64,000 nt of DNA from Chrysomallon squamiferum (lineage: Eukaryota > Animalia > Mollusca). The stretch is taken from assembly GCA_012295275.1 (NCBI GenBank), contig CM022673.1, forward strand, positions 24,118,001-24,182,000, given 5' to 3'. Shown in pieces: positions 28,977 through 45,344 of the stretch (positions are counted from its first letter, which is position 1; each line of letters opens with the position of its first letter). A model generated the notes under the pieces. That model did not search any database, was not told the DNA's origin, and worked only from the letters and a program-made list of their open reading frames with translations. Position numbers and translations under genes: made by a program.

Positions 28977-29617
28977 AAAGCTGAAATAAATAGTTAACCC
29001 TGCATCAAGGTAACATTTGAATTGTCTAAGTAGAACTATTATAAAGTTTCAAGTATTTCTTTATTTCACCGTAAGAATCATTTTTAAAACCAAATATAAC
29101 TACTACTAAAACAAACATTATATGAAAAGCAAACGAAAAGAAAAGTAAAAAAAAAAAACCCAATAACTAAAGACGGAGAAACAGGAAAGAAAAATGCCAA
29201 GAAAACCAAGGAAACGAGTTTCTACTCGAGGTGACTTGATACTCAGTGAAACAAAACACATCAGATTTCTCTTGTTTTTACCAACGTCAGATTAATCAAG
29301 TAGAAAATGTTATTAGCTCGCGGCGAGTCGAAACAAACAAAGTGTGTAAACGTTTTGCTCTCTCACTAATAAAGTTTTTACAACACACTGACAGACAGAA
29401 TAATTGTTACAACAATTTATGTAATGTTAATGTTTTGTATTAGATGCGTATATATATACATAAGTACTGATGTGAATGTGTATATACATAAATACATACC
29501 ACATACGTACATACCCACATATGTACTTACTACATTACACACCAGCCTGCTTACAGACGTCTAGACAGATGGATATGTAGATATACGTTTACAAATATAG
29601 ATCAGTATAATGAATAC

Positions 29618-29729
<112 letters not shown>

Positions 29730-30385
29730 GGCTAGCTTGGAGAAAGACAAATGGAAGGAATAGAAAGAACTAAAAAGAGAGAAAGAAAGTTTTCTGTTCG
29801 TTTCTTTCTTTTATTGTTATTGCCTCTCTTTCTGCTATTGTTCCTACCACCGTTTTAACACTACTGTGTAATCCTGTGTGTAATTCTGTAGTGACAAATG
29901 TAACAGCTGATTTTCGATCATGTTCTAGCACACGCACTAGAGTTGAATACACGTGCACTGGGCGGAAAGTAAAATGAATACCTCAATTGAGGGATGCTGT
30001 TAGTTGGATTAAACAGAAAAATGTAGTCAGCTTGTAAAATTCCAATAGTGTCAGAGAGTTGTTAGATTTGTTGAAGTTTCTCATGAGAAGGGACAATCAA
30101 TATCTGATTCCAGCACAATGAACTGTGTGACTACACTCGTGTAACTGGTCTTAGATTACCTCGCAGAGATAATAGTCTTTTTACATACTCTACGTATATC
30201 TTTATTATTATTACCTTTATTATTTTTATTACTATTACTCTTATTATTATTTATACTATAATTATTATTATTATTACTATTACTATAATTATTATTATTA
30301 TTACTATTACTATAATTATTATTACTATTAGTATTCTTTTTCTTTTTCTTCTTCTTCATCCTTCTTCTTCTTATTATTATTATTA

Positions 30386-30898
30386 TGTAACTGAGTGTTT
30401 AGAGCTGTGTAACCTAGTGTGTAGAGCTGTGTAACCGAGTGTGTAGAGCTGTGTAACTGAGTATGTAGAACTGTGTAACTGAGTGTGTAGAACTGTGTAA
30501 CTGAGTGTATAGAGCTGTGTAACACAGTGTTTGGAGCTGTGTAACTGAGTATGTAGAACTGTGTAACACAATGTTTAGAGCTCTGTAACAGTGTGTAGAG
30601 CTGTGTAACTGAGTGGGTAGAACTGTGTAACACAATGTTTAGAGCTGTGTAACATAGTGTGTAGAGCTGTGTAACTGAGTTTGTAGAGCTGTGTAACACA
30701 ATGTTTAGAGCTCTATAACACAGTATGTTGAGCTGTGTAACTGAGTGGGTAGAGCTGTGTAACTGAGTGGAGCTGTGTAACACAGTGTTTAGAGCTGTAT
30801 AACACAGTATGTAGAGCTGTGTAACTGAGTGGGTAGAGCTGTGTAACACAATGTTTAGAGCTGTGTAACATAGTGTGTAGAGATGTGTAACACAGTGT
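30386..30898. repeat. 22-24-bp minisatellite
   Basis: agagctgtgtaactgagtgtgt / agagctgtgtaacacagtgttt, more than 20 copies. Confidence 0.95.
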
Positions 30899-31039
30899 GA
30901 AATCTCAGGGTGACTAAATCAGACTTATTAACATTCTCTCTCTGAATTTCATTAACACACAACACACTAATTTACAGTACACTAATCTACAACGTGTTTA
31001 TTTCATCTCTGTCTATTCTTGGTATGCTGCTACTAAAAT

Positions 31040-31400
31040 TATTACTAATCCTACCGCAACCACTACTGTTGGTACTGCTATCTTACTACTGTTACCTGTA
31101 CTGCTAATATTACCACTACTACTGTTACCAGTACTACTAATATTACCACTACTACTGTTACCAGTACTACTAATATTAACACTACTACTGTTACCTGTAC
31201 TGCTAATATTACCACTACTACTGTTACTAGTACCACAAAACTGCCACTAACACTACAACTACTACTTACAACTATAACTATACTACTGTTTCTATTCCTA
31301 TATTTTACTATTACTATTGCTGCTGCTGCTATTTCTACTACCATTACTGTTGTTGATGTTGCTGCTGCTGCTGCTACTACTACCTCTACAACAAATTTTA
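31040..31400. repeat. ACT-rich ~33-36-bp degenerate repeat
   Basis: actactactgttaccagtactactaatattacc units. Confidence 0.8.
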
Positions 31401-33997
31401 CTATTTTATTATGATTGTTATTATTACTAATGTTGTTGTCGTTGCTGTTACATCGCTAATACTACTAATAAACTAAGAATAATAAAAAAAATTAAAAAAA
31501 AAAACACACGCCCATCCCAAAGAACTGAATAAAGGAAATAGATTACCGTAGGCATAAAAAAAATAATAATAAAACTGTTTACGAGAATTTAAAATTGTAA
31601 ATACATGTATCTGAACTCCCATCTTGGAGTGAAAAACGAAGTATTTTCAGTGAATGTGTGAGTTAATGTGCTTCTCAACGTCTTATATATCAGTATTCTC
31701 CGTCGGTGTAACGTCATCAGTTAAAGTCTTATGTTACAGTTTTGGAAATCTTCTTCGCAGTAAAACGTCGTTAACGAGATGCTCGTGCGTTGTTTAATCA
31801 ACGACTACTGGGTGTCAGACACGACAGAGACGTCAACAACAACATCTTCTAATGGTCAGTGCGTTCGGTGCGACAGAATACGGTTAAAATATGCCATCAC
31901 GCTTTCATCTCAGTGACGCTATTGTGTTACGGAAATAAAGAAATAGTTACTTCCCGTTAGCAGCTCTTTTGTGCGCTCATCTCATTTTCCATATCCACTC
32001 TTCCGTTATAATTATTCAAGTTGTTTCAAAGGTGAAGGTCGTTCAGCGCTGATTTCAAGAAGTAAACAGCAGTATATATATATATATATATATAGAATAT
32101 AATTATTTGTAATTGCGTGACAAAACCAACTTATTTAGAATACATCTGTGAAATAATTTATACAAACAAAAAATGTAATGTTTAGAATGTGCTTGTTATA
32201 AAATTAAATATAAGTACAAGTCATTAAATAGTATTTATGAAGTTGTTTATACAAAATATATATTCGAGATTTATTGTTGAAGTGAATTTTGAAATGTGAT
32301 TACATTTTTGAAAATTTAACATTTATAATTGCACAAATGTTAATTAAAATGTATTTGAAAATGAATAAATCGAAAGGGGAATTGATGTAGTAGTTTTAGT
32401 TATTCTTCTTCTTCTGCTCATTGTTGTTGATGTTGCTGTTGTATATTTTTTTTTTTTTACACTTTTCGTTTTCTTTCAGATATCTCTGTATGTGCAAATT
32501 ACTAGTAAATCAGTTTGTAAGTTTAGAAAATCTCAGTAATTTAACCTAATGTAAACAGTGCTATCTAGATGTCGGCTAATGCTACCTCTAATGATGTTGT
32601 CTAAATGACTTCTTTTGGATGAGTGTGGAGCGAAAATATGTCTCATTGAATCCTTAATTATTTAACCCATTAATCTGACCATGCTGATTCCTTAATAAAA
32701 ACAAATTAAGAGACGGGTTTTCAGAGACGTTGAAGACTACAAAATACGAGGAAGTAGAAATCAGTGTTGTAACAGAAGTCTGGGTGGGGTTGATGGGTGG
32801 GGTTGATGGGTGGGGCTGGAGGGAAATAAACATAAAAATAGGAAGATAACAGAACGAAGAAAACAAAGAAATATGGAGAATTACACTGAAAAACAAAATT
32901 CAATGGGGGAAGGCAAAAAAAAAAAAAAAAAAGAAAGGAAAAAGACGGGAACAAAAAGAAGGCAGAAAAGAAAAGAAGAAGAAACAGAAAAATTGTAAAG
33001 AGTTATGTTTGTGCAACAGAATTATTCTAAAATTATTCTAAAATATTCCAGTGTTATATTAAATAAATATTCCTTCACGACTGATGCGATTTAACACACG
33101 GTATATGTTTTACTTTGTAGTGAATACCTGCCAGCATTCAGTTGTTTATGTATTCCATTTTCTTCATTCCAGTCAATCAGATTATCAAAAAACTTTGTCT
33201 ACAGCTTAATCATTATTATACAAATATTTGAAAAACAATATATATATACTATATGTATTCCTCGAAAAGGTAAGGGAACTCTAATAAGAATTTACAATTG
33301 TCAAACGTGTAAGGTATATTAACTGTGGGGAATGCTTATATTATAATGCTGAATCAACTGGAAAAAAACATGGAAACCGATAGCTCAGTATTATAGTCAG
33401 AAGTAAAATTTGAAAACTGAGGTATTTGGTGGGATTCTTCTTTTTTTTTTTTTTTTTTTTCTCAGTAGTGTGTGATATCGCCACGATTTAAGACATTCGT
33501 TCAGTCCACGACGGCATTGTACATATGAGTCTCCCATTGCCCAGCGTGTGGCCATGTTTCTTTAACGTTGTCGGATGTCTTCGACGTTGATGCACACGTC
33601 TCCTAATCATGTCTCAGACGTTCAGCGGGGGAAAGGTCTGGTCTCGGTAGATGTTGTGCTGCTGGACCTGAGCACGGTTAGAACGGGTTATCCAGTACAA
33701 CAAACAGTGACCCTTCCTTGCACAGAGTGGAGGAGGATTCTGCCAGTCACAGTGAAATAAGCAACTCGCCGCCAAATCTGTGAAGTTGTCGTGTTGTTCG
33801 TTTTGTTGTCGTTGTTGTCTCACGCGACCTCTCCTCACAGTTACGTCCAAAGTGAACAGGAACTCATCTGAAAACAGATCATATGACCAGCGACGAAAAA
33901 TCCGGTACTGATATTTTAGTTCACCCACACCCACACCCACTCACCCACCCACCCACCCACACCCACACACACACACACACACACACTCTCTCTCTCT

Positions 33998-34035
<38 letters not shown>

Positions 34036-34639
34036 GTGTGTATATACTTATTGAGATTGTCTTATTAATGTAAGGCGATTATTTCAGTGTAGAGACAAGG
34101 GCTGAACGTTCCGTACAAAGAATATTACACTTTGTTAAACAGACTGCCAAAGCACACACAGAACGATTATTATTTCATGATTACACAAAACACACATACT
34201 TCTGTTGTATTGAACCATTTCTCTTTCTCTGATGCCGATAACCTCCCATCTTGGTAAAGATTTGTATTCCTGCTCTAACAGTGTCAGACTTTTCAGAGTG
34301 CACTACATAATCAGACTGTTTGGATAAAAACAAACAAAAAGAAAAGATTTAAAAAAAAATCTCCTCTCAATCAGTTCTCTCCTTATCTCAGTCTTTGTAC
34401 ACATCAGTCACACTTGAACCTTTGTTACTCGTAAAGCGTAATGTACTTGATATCTGAGATATCGTGTTATCATTGCTGTCGCGTTGTATTGCCATTGTGT
34501 TCTTTACTCATATATCACTTGTCAGGAAATTCGTTTTGTGTTTTTTATATTTGTAAAGTAATTCTCTCTCGCCTAACAATAGAGTTTAAAACCTGTGTAC
34601 TTTTGCATTGAACAGGGCAGATTATTATTATTAGAGAGG

Positions 34640-35045
34640 AATCTTGTCAAGCCGGACTGACACTGTGCGAGAGTCCGGGTTCAATGAACCAATCAGAAAA
34701 CACGTGACATAGGACTCCGGAACACGTCGACTCGTATTCTGCAGAAACCGGAACAGGACTTTAACACATAAGTGATCTTTGTCGAGTAAATAAATAAATA
34801 AATAAAAATAACTCTAAATTAAAGCCAATAGGTACGTGCAACCATTAATCTGAAATTTTGAGAAAAGATTTAAACCGCGAAGTCAAAGCTAAGATTTGTT
34901 TAGTTCAAGACTGAAACTGGTTTCGTATTCTTACTGTTTAATTTGAAGCTTTTGATAAACTAAATCGAACTAAAATGAAGAGCGGTGATTGGCTGAAGGT
35001 GAAAGGGAAGTAACAGATACAGCGCGACCAGCGGGGAGAATCGAA
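34640..35045. promoter_or_regulatory. Promoter-like motif cluster
   Basis: AACCAATCAG, CACGTGAC (34701), two CCGGAA ETS cores, AGCCAAT, GATTGGCTG and a CCGGACT/AGTCCGG inverted pair (34652-34678). Confidence 0.5.
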
Positions 35046-35388
35046 GTAACAGTCTTGTCACTGAGAAACGTCTCAGAAAACAGAATTAGTGGAAGTGTTG
35101 TAAAAATCAGAACGTATTGAACCCGTTAACTATCTGCCTTGGAGGGAACACAGAGAAAATAAAACAAATTACAATGTTGTAGAAGACATTTCAGATCCAC
35201 AGGACAAAAAATCGACAGCTTTTCACAGAACTAAATCCCTCTCCCGCGGCTACGAGACAAGTCTGAATACTTGTTGATTCCTAATCACTTCCTATTTTAC
35301 AGTGTTTATTCATTTATTCATTCATTCATCCATTCACAGTCACTGCCATCCATGGAAAGAAAAAGAAAAAAAAAAAAAAAAAATATAA

Positions 35389-35424
<36 letters not shown>

Positions 35425-37300
35425 CAGATAAAAGATTTAAACCAAGTCATCTATTTGGCTAAAAAAATAAATAAATAAATAAATAAGAAATTAAAATTAT
35501 AACGATAAAATCAACTAACCTACAATGATACTTCCGAATTAAGAATAACAGCCGGCTATATCATACCAAACAACAGTTAGAAAAGTTCTTTGATCTTTCC
35601 GCACTCACATGTTTGTCAGCGTATACTGATTAATTATTATGTTTATTTCGCGGTTAAAATATTAATATATATTGTATTTAAAGGATGACCATCTAACTAT
35701 CCTGTGAAGAATGTGGAAATGAGGTGAGTGAACAGAAAAATAACAATTGCTGACAAGTGTATGGGCACATTAATTCATTTAACAGTTAGTTTTATTTTTT
35801 TTTTAACGCATAATATCTTCACCAGCTAAGACTTGAGATTAAAATAAATAAATAAAACAAAGGAGTCAGGGTGAACAAACTATACAATATGAAATATGAA
35901 AGTTATTAGCAAAAACAAACACGTCATCAGCGATGATGCTATCACGCATCAGAACGTTGACGCCGAAGTCGCCGATGTTGACCGTGGTAAACGTGACGGG
36001 AAGATGCCAAACAGCGGATCTGAAAGTGAAATGAACTCATCACACACACAAAACTGATTTTACAGATATTAGGTCTGCAGAAGCACGGGAGCATGCGCGG
36101 TTTAATTGAAATGGATGTCGTACATGTTCATGAATAACGTCGACACTGCATGACACGCTGTTCACAGAGAACGGAAACAAACAACGGACAGAACTGCGGT
36201 CTGACGTTGTGGTTGCTGTCGTCTTTCTGTCTCTTCTGGCGCGACAGGGTTAGACAGGTCAAACAAAACCATAAAGATAACTCCGCTAAACGACAGAGTA
36301 ATGACATAAATACATGAACTAGGATTTGTAACTCTCATTATCAAACCAGAACTGAATGTAAGCTACATGGATTTTTTTTTTGGTTTTTTTTTTTAATAGA
36401 ACTCTGTTTAGTATTACTAATAGACCTGAATGACTGGACACTATGTAATGAGGGTGATGTCTTCTTCACAGACGGCTCTGTTTTTCAAGGAACACTCAAC
36501 CAACAGCTCGGTGTGTAATATTTTAAGCAACAGAAATCTGTCTTCTACTCGACTTACATCCAGTTTATTCAGTCGTCGTACGGTCACCTCATTTTTATTT
36601 ATTTTTTATCTTCATTTTTTAATTAATATTACTTGTTTATAATTCTAATATATATCATAAATACCTACATAATATACACACATATAGATATAGATATATA
36701 AACAGTAGAAGGAATCATATCAGAAAACAGTGAGTACAGTAAGTTCAGGTGATTAATTTTGTCAGCAGATACAGTAACGTCTAGTGGTGTTATTTCTATC
36801 TAATTCTGAAACAACGTAAGTGTCTGAATATAACAAAAAGAGTAGCTATAATTACACCGTTGTCTGAAAGCGACAGATACAACAACAAGGAGGGTGGGAC
36901 TGTTAAGTAATTTGTGTAAAGTAATTAGTCTCTAATACAGTAACTCTGATTTTTACTGTGTGCCCACGCCAGGTGTACTTGAACTTTAAATGAATTTGAG
37001 CGCAGTTCAAAATGCTTGATTGATTAATGGATAAAAATAGACAAATTCAGATATGAAATTTAGACTGAGCATCATAGAACAGTACAGATGTTTTTAATAT
37101 TCATCAATGTAGACTGTAATAAGAGTATTTATTTATATCTATGTATATTATTTTCACATCAGACATCTTTATAGATTTCGTATTTAACCCGTTGAAGAAT
37201 CCAGAATCAAAAATAGTAATAATAATTAATAATAACAACAACAACAAATAATAAATAATAATAATAAAAATAAGTAAATAATAATAAGAAGAAATAAGTA

Positions 37301-37340
<40 letters not shown>

Positions 37341-37485
37341 TAATAATAACAAAAATAATAATAAATTCAGATGAATCCATATTAATTAGTACGTGTGTCT
37401 GAAACTGTGGTATCGAAATCTTTGCATCATTTTTTTTTTTCTTTTAAGGATTTTCCGAGAGTTGTTTTTACTGCAGCAGCGGTTT

Positions 37486-37556
37486 CAGAGAACTGAGAAT
37501 TGGTTACAGAGAACTGAGAATTGGTTTACAGAGAACTGAGAATTGGTTACAGAGAA
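37486..37556. repeat. 21-22-bp tandem repeat x3
   Basis: cagagaactgagaattggtta. Confidence 0.9.
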
Positions 37557-40500
37557 TTACCGTTACAGATAAAAACGTGATATCCTCGTGCTGCCCCTAC
37601 AGGAAGTACTCGACTGGACCAAAGTGGCTATCGGTCAACAGTGATCTGCACAGTACAAGAATGACGTGATGAGAAATGTGTTTAATTGCGTGTTCGACCT
37701 TGATTCGATATTTTTTTATTGGATACTAATGTTGCCTGACGTCTTCGCTAACAATGTGCTTTAAATGAAGTGGCACCAGAAACAGATGGCCAACTAAGCG
37801 ATTAGTCACTTTTATGTATTTGTGTTGCGTATCTACCTTCTGTCTCTCTTTGTACCCAGTTATCTACCCTTATATCCTTTCACGTATCTCTCAGCCTTTC
37901 TGTTTGCATGTATCATTATTATTATTTTATTATAAGAACGTGAAGAAAGTAAGAGTGAATCAAAGAAGACTGTTCGAAAGAAAGAGAGGAAAATAGACAG
38001 TTGAAGAAGAAAAGGAAATTAAAAATAGGAGAAAATGATAATAAAGATAGAGATAAAAAAAAAAAAAAAAAAAAAAAAAAGAATTCATGCTGTAAAAAGA
38101 ATAAATATCTAAATGAAATGAAACAAATAACAGAAGCCTCCAGCACAGAAATTTATAGTTATGTCTGTTGATCTGTTTGTCCGTGTGACGTCATAGGCCT
38201 GTTGGCGTGCGTCGGTTACTGACCTTAGCGGTTATTGCGGGTTGCCTATGTTTATTGATAATGACGAGAAGTAATTTGTAATGAGTGTTGCTGTCACATT
38301 TATCGAGTGTGATCCAGTTTGATAACTCGCGATGCCAGATAAACCGTCCCTTCTAACAAAAACTACTTTCTAGACCGGATATCACATTTCATGTACACAG
38401 TCACGTTCTTGACAACAAGTTGATTTCAAAAATAGGAAATTTTAGAAAAACTCACTCAAAGAAAAAAAAAATGAAAGAAAAAAAAAAAAAAGATAATAAA
38501 AAGGAAGGCGTGGGGGGAGAGAGAAAACAGAGGAAAAAAAAAAAAGAAAAGAAAAATAATAACAAAACAAAAAGAAAATGTTTGTACGTCTTTGCCGTTT
38601 CTGTTTAGACTCCAGATGATGACGGAAGAAGGAAAAACACAAATAAGCGATTACTTTGGATATTTTTAACTTCTAAAATACGTCAGCCCCGAGCTCTTTT
38701 GCAAGTCGCTGCATTTTTCGATGATTGCAAACCAATTTCTTACAGCTGATCCGGAATCTGTAATCAAAACCATTTAATACACTCAATACTTTTGTAACTG
38801 GTGTTGTTGTTTTTTTGTTGTTGTTGGTACCGTCTGTAAATGTAACTAGTATTTTTATTAATTCATTCAGTAATTTTAACCTGTTTTTCTTCTCTTTTTT
38901 TTTCTTTTCATACATTGAGTAATTGTATCCAGTGGGTTTTTTTGTGTTTTGTTTTTTGTTTTTTTATACTTTGAATAATTGTAACCTGTGTTTTGGTGCT
39001 TTTTTTTTTATATACACAGAGTAAATGTTTTCTCTGCTACTTTCAATAACATTAATCAGTGGTTTTTTTTTTTATATACATTTAATAATTGCAAGCAATA
39101 ATTAATGCATTTAATAATTGTCACTAGCGTATTACAGTACACAGAACAATTGTAACTGATGTCTTAAGTAATCGTTATAAATGTATTTTAACATACCAGT
39201 AACTGTAACCAACGTCTATAATTTTATAATCTTACAGTAATTATTACCAAAGTAGTTACATTACCTACAGGTGTTTTTTTTTTTTTTTTTTTTTTTTTTT
39301 TTGTAAGAGTTGTTACTACAGTCATTAAAAAGAAAGATTTAGTGTGGTATGTGTTAAAAACAACACATAAAAATGACTCGTGTTTTAACTGAAACACACC
39401 TTGCTTCACGATGACGTATTGAGGCAGAGGATTAACATGTCTTTGTTTGATGTCTCCCTTGGGCGTGTCGTATCGTTGTCGTGTTGCTGCAGTCGTAAAC
39501 ACAAAGACGTGGTCGGTAGTATTTGTCAGTGGTATTAAGTTTTTACTCGGAACTGTGAATCTGTGTTGTAATATTTTGTACTGAATTACAGTTGTGTTTA
39601 TGTGTTGTACGATGCTGTATTGAACTACAGTTGTGTTTGTGTGTTGTATAATTTTGTAGCAAGTTATAACTGTGCAAGATTATTGTATGATTTAGAACTG
39701 ATTATATTCATCGTGTATAATTAATTTAAGTATTATTTCTTTGATATATTGAATACACACACATACACACATACACACATACACACACACACTCACATAC
39801 ACAGACATTAGTATTCATAATGTAACTTTATAGCTGATAACAGAACAAATAAAAATACGGTTTTTTTTAACGATATCATATTAAATGGCTGATTAGGTCT
39901 GTTGATTCGAGTCTGAATCGGGTTTTCTAATGAAACACATAATCATCAGTGTAATGGTGTAGCAGCAGCACTCTCAGTAATTGTTAACAACAACAGCAAC
40001 AACAACAGCACTAATAATAACGCGAAGAAATATATTATAATCATCAAATCCGCAGTAGTGTCTGTATCAGAAACAGAAATAACAACACTAATTATAACTG
40101 TGATGATAATGATGACATTGATGATAATGATTTTACATTTTTCATATAAAACATTAGAAACACGCATATTTTGTTTACATAACATCCAGTTACCTCGTTT
40201 CAGTTACTTTCTGATAGTAATAATAAATTAAGATTTATGCTCTCTGTTCTTTATACAGTGTTACTTCTTAACCTTATGTTTTTTTTTTTTTACAGCAGCA
40301 GATTCCACTATCGATAAAGATATCACTAAAATCATTAAATCCAGGCTGTATATAACGAAAGAAACATCCTTTTTCCTCTTTGTATTGACTAAAACATTAG
40401 ATAGCGCATAATGAACGGTAATACATTCTGAAACTAATACGTAGTCAGTTGTTGTTATACGTTTCTTAAAAACAAAACAACAAACAATCTCGTATGAACA

Positions 40501-43084
40501 TATCACGTTTCAGAAAACAGATAAAGGAAATGAAAAGATTTAAAGAAACAGATGCATAAAAATAAAAATATTAAAAAAAAATTAAAAAGAAAGAAATAAT
40601 ATGTAAGAAACAAAACTAAAAGAAAGAAATGTAATAAGGATAAAACAAACGAAAAGAAAAACACATTGAAATGAATTATAAAAACATTTTAACAAGAAAA
40701 TAAAAAAAAAAAATACAACGATAGAATTTTTTTTTTTTTTTTTTTTTCACATGACAAAATAAGAGGTTTACTGAGTTCTAGAGAAATAAAAACGAAGTCT
40801 TTATTTGAAATGACGTTATAAAACAAACCGATTGTGATTTGTTAAAGACATTCTTTTTTGCGATTCTAGGCTAATCGCAGGCGACGTTTGTCATTTTGAC
40901 AAAGTCTTCAAGATTTCTGCTACGTCTGCGCAATGAAGGAGGAATTAACAGAACGATCTGAACAATTCAGTCTGAGGTCACAGTGTCAAAACAAGAGAGA
41001 GGTTGTTGCTACCTGGCGATTTATCGATTATCACATATCGCATCGATTATATTTACAGTAAATCTTATCTGTATATCTATATATGTATTTATATATCAGT
41101 AATTACAGTAAATATTTAAAATAAATAAATAGTAATAATAATAATGACAAAATGAAGTGATACGAACGAAACAAATACTACTATAAGTGCTGCTACAGCT
41201 TTAACAATCCTACCACTATTAGTATTACTGCAACCAATAATAATCAGTTTAGGAAATAAGTGAAAAAGACACCCAAAACTATAATATTAAAAATAATTTG
41301 ACACAGAAATCAGTCACAAATGAGAAATTATTACAGCTGACAAGAAAATAAAAAAGATTTTCTGAATTAACAAAATCTTTATAACAAACGCGGAAGAACG
41401 AGAGGACGCTGAACATATTTCATCTCTTTCTTTTTTATTTCCTCCTCCGGCCGTTCAGCTCCCTAGCCTATTACCTCTATTATTCGTGCGACATTGTCCA
41501 ATTAGCAGAGTAATGAAATCGTTCACTGGATGTATTCTACTGTGTCCTAAACCTAACTGCGGGCTGAAGGAGTTTTACTGGGTTAATATCTCTAAACTCC
41601 TTTATTACAAATATTTTGTGTCTCTTTGAAATTCAGACCCAGTTCCCTCAGCACTACATTTTAAGTTTTTATTTATAAACAGTCTGTATTTCTTTTTCTC
41701 GCTAACATTCGCTTGTTATATTCAAAATTGTTTGATACGATTTCGACACAATTGTTGTATAATCTTTTCATGATAAGCTGTAAACTGTGGTTTCCTCATA
41801 ACAGTTATAGAAAAAGGCTTCAACGAGATCACGTTGTGACGAGATTTGGAAAACAACAATACTGTACGAATGACATAATGTTTATGAAATCGAAAGAGAG
41901 AATAACAGCGTTAATATTCGCTTCTGAAAATTTGGACAGGCAAATTAAAATACGCAAAAGTATAATCCTCGATCGATTTTGTAACTGACAATTTTCTTTT
42001 GAATCCTCGATAACAAGTTCAGACTTCATGGCGATATTGAAATACACGTGTTACCAGTTTTACTTTTTTTCGAAGTGGTTTAACAATCCTGGAGTAGAGA
42101 TAACCAAAAACCGGCTTTTTTTTTGTTTGCTTTAAGATCAGTTTCTCTTACAACTGCTCAGACAGACAAAATTTAAAAGATTACGTAATTAATAATCAAC
42201 TGATTATGTTTGATATTTTAAATGTTAGAAGAAACCGTGTATGTTTCGCGATAAATATAATGTATTATAATTAAAATAACAATGTCTAGTATATTTATTT
42301 AATTTTGTATTAAGATTTGCATGTTAAAACAACTTTTTAAATTTTCATTTATTTATTTTAATGTTATTATAATTATTGTTTTGTTATAATAATAATAGCT
42401 GTTATTGTTATTGTTTTTATTACTGTTACATTATTGTTGCTGTTTTTATTACTGTTATTATTATTATTGTTGTTGTTGTTGTTGTTGTTTACTGTTTCAC
42501 GGATAGTTTAATATAATTATTAAAATGTTGAACATATTACTGTGTTCCTTGCTGACAAACAGAAATTCTGCCGAATTAGTTTGTTTCATTTGCTGTTCTT
42601 AACGTGGGCTACAAAATCATTTTCCGTTGCTGTATAATTTCATTATAGCGTTTAAAGCATGAATTCTAGATAACCATTAGAGAATGAATTAATTATAACT
42701 ATCATAACATGAATTCTAGAAATCCACTGTATCGTGACGTCGACACAAAATGGATAATTACCTGGCACAACGCCGTGAAATAACCGATTTCTTGTAGAAA
42801 ACGGTGGCGGCAGTTTTATGTTACAGTGTTATTAATAATTCCAAGTAACCTTGAGGACCTAAAATACGACTACAAATTAACTAAACAAGAACAGTTTATA
42901 TGACGTCATTTCATTATCCGAGTGATTACGCAGAGTCATAGAAACGTAAGTAGCCGTCAGGGTTGAAGTTACAGAGCAAGGGAAATGTGTAACACAAGTT
43001 TTGCTGATATATAATGGTAGGTATTTCTGTAAAAGACAAACATTTATTTATCTATATCTATTTCCATATCGGTATCTACATTCA

Positions 43085-43188
<104 letters not shown>

Positions 43189-44159
43189 CAGACATATATA
43201 TATGGATATAGATAGATATGGATATGGATATGGAAATATATACAGATATAGATAAATACATTTTATTTATTTATAAGAGAGAGAGAAGGCGTGGGGTTGA
43301 GATGAAGAAAGCGACTGGAACTCAGTTACCTTGCTTTCTAAATATCCCACAATGCTACTTGAATGATATCACGTGACAAATCACGGTGTTCCTCCGCCTG
43401 AAAAAAACAGCCATTAATCTGCGTGTGTAAAATGTCATGTAGTTCCCGATAATTACGCGATATTTTTGATGGGGAAAACAACTCTAATATTCCTCATCAA
43501 GGCCACTGCTGGAAGTGCAGCAATCACACGACTTGGAGAAAACAACACGATAATGGGAATTAGTGGAGGACTCACAGATACAATTCTTTATTTATTTTAA
43601 CAGTCATTAGCGGACGTATGATGCGGGTTTAGTGGCGTGATCTGCCTTCATCACAGAATACAGAAATTAGTGTAACGAGGTTGGCCTGTTATTTAATTAT
43701 TAGCTGTTCTCGTGTAATAATTACATCTTTGTCGTGCTTGTTGTCTTTTCTGAAATATTGCTGGGCGTCACATTCGTATCACTGATAGCAACAAATGCGA
43801 AACTTGCACAGAGGCGTAGTAAGTACATGTAAACGCGTACAGACACATAATCGAACAGAGAATATCTGTGCGTGTGATTACTCTTTTAATAATAAAAGAT
43901 GAAAATAAGAAACCAACGCTCTCCACAGTTCAAATACTATCGTCAATCAAAAATCTTAACAAAACATAACAACAAATATGAGTGTTAGACATTCTGTAAA
44001 CAAAGATACACATATGTATTATATATATGAGAATAAATACATGTGAATAAATAAATAAATAAATAAATAAATTTTTGATTTTTTTTTTTGCAGTGGATCT
44101 TTCATATGTTTGTTTGTTTTCCTTTTACATTATACTTACACTAATAGCAATACATCGTT

Positions 44160-44263
<104 letters not shown>

Positions 44264-44771
44264 ATACACACACACAAAGACACATTTTTTTTTTATTATT
44301 AATTATAATTTACAAAAGGAACTGAAATACCCCCTCCTACATTCACATTAAACACGCAAGTCCATATGTGCCTAACTAATTACACGTTATTATACATGCG
44401 CAGTTCAGTCTTTGGACACACGTTCCTGTATTCGAGACAGGACTGTGCATCGCTGTTAAAAGTTATTCTGCCTGATTTCAAACACAATTATAAAAATGAT
44501 TAAAATATTTTTTGTTGAGGTAACTGATTTAAAAAGTGGTATTCAAAGTTAATTTTTTTTTTTTTCCTCGTTAATTAAACTGGCGTAATTCGCTCGATTT
44601 CCCCCGACAATAATATCACGTGGTTTAAACGAAATGTAATTCTATTTCTGTCCACTCTGATCACACACCGACTTGCTTGAATTGAGTTTTAATTTTAGTT
44701 GACTTCCGCAATTTGAAAAGTACCATTTTGTTAGGGGGGGGGTTAGGAAAAAGTAATAATAATAATTATAA

Positions 44772-44806
<35 letters not shown>

Positions 44807-44900
44807 ATTAAATTGAATAAATAATAAAGAAATAATTAAAAATTGAAAAGTAAATAAATCAACAGTGATGATGATGGTGATGATGATGATGATGATGATG

Positions 44901-44953
<53 letters not shown>

Positions 44954-45272
44954 GAGAAATAAATCACCCAATATTCTGGATTAATTCTAACATTGCTACT
45001 GACATTCAGCTAACTTCTTCGTTGTTATTTTTTTTTTTTTTAATTATAAAAATAATAAAAATCACATTTATTCAGTCATTTTAAATTCTATTATGTCTGC
45101 ATCAGTTACATCCTCGTTAACGTTTTTTTCCTTCTTAGAATCTCGAGTAGAATTCTAACCGTGTAGAAAGAAAAACAAAATGAAAGAAGAGACGGAAAGA
45201 TTGATAAAAACGGAGGCGCATAATGCTAGTGACACGGAGATGATTATGTAGGTGTATCTTCTGTAAATACGT

Positions 45273-45344
<72 letters not shown>

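Noticed and set aside
30328-30849. 173-aa ORF with LHSSTHSVTQ repeats
   Set aside because: Product of the 22-24-bp minisatellite.
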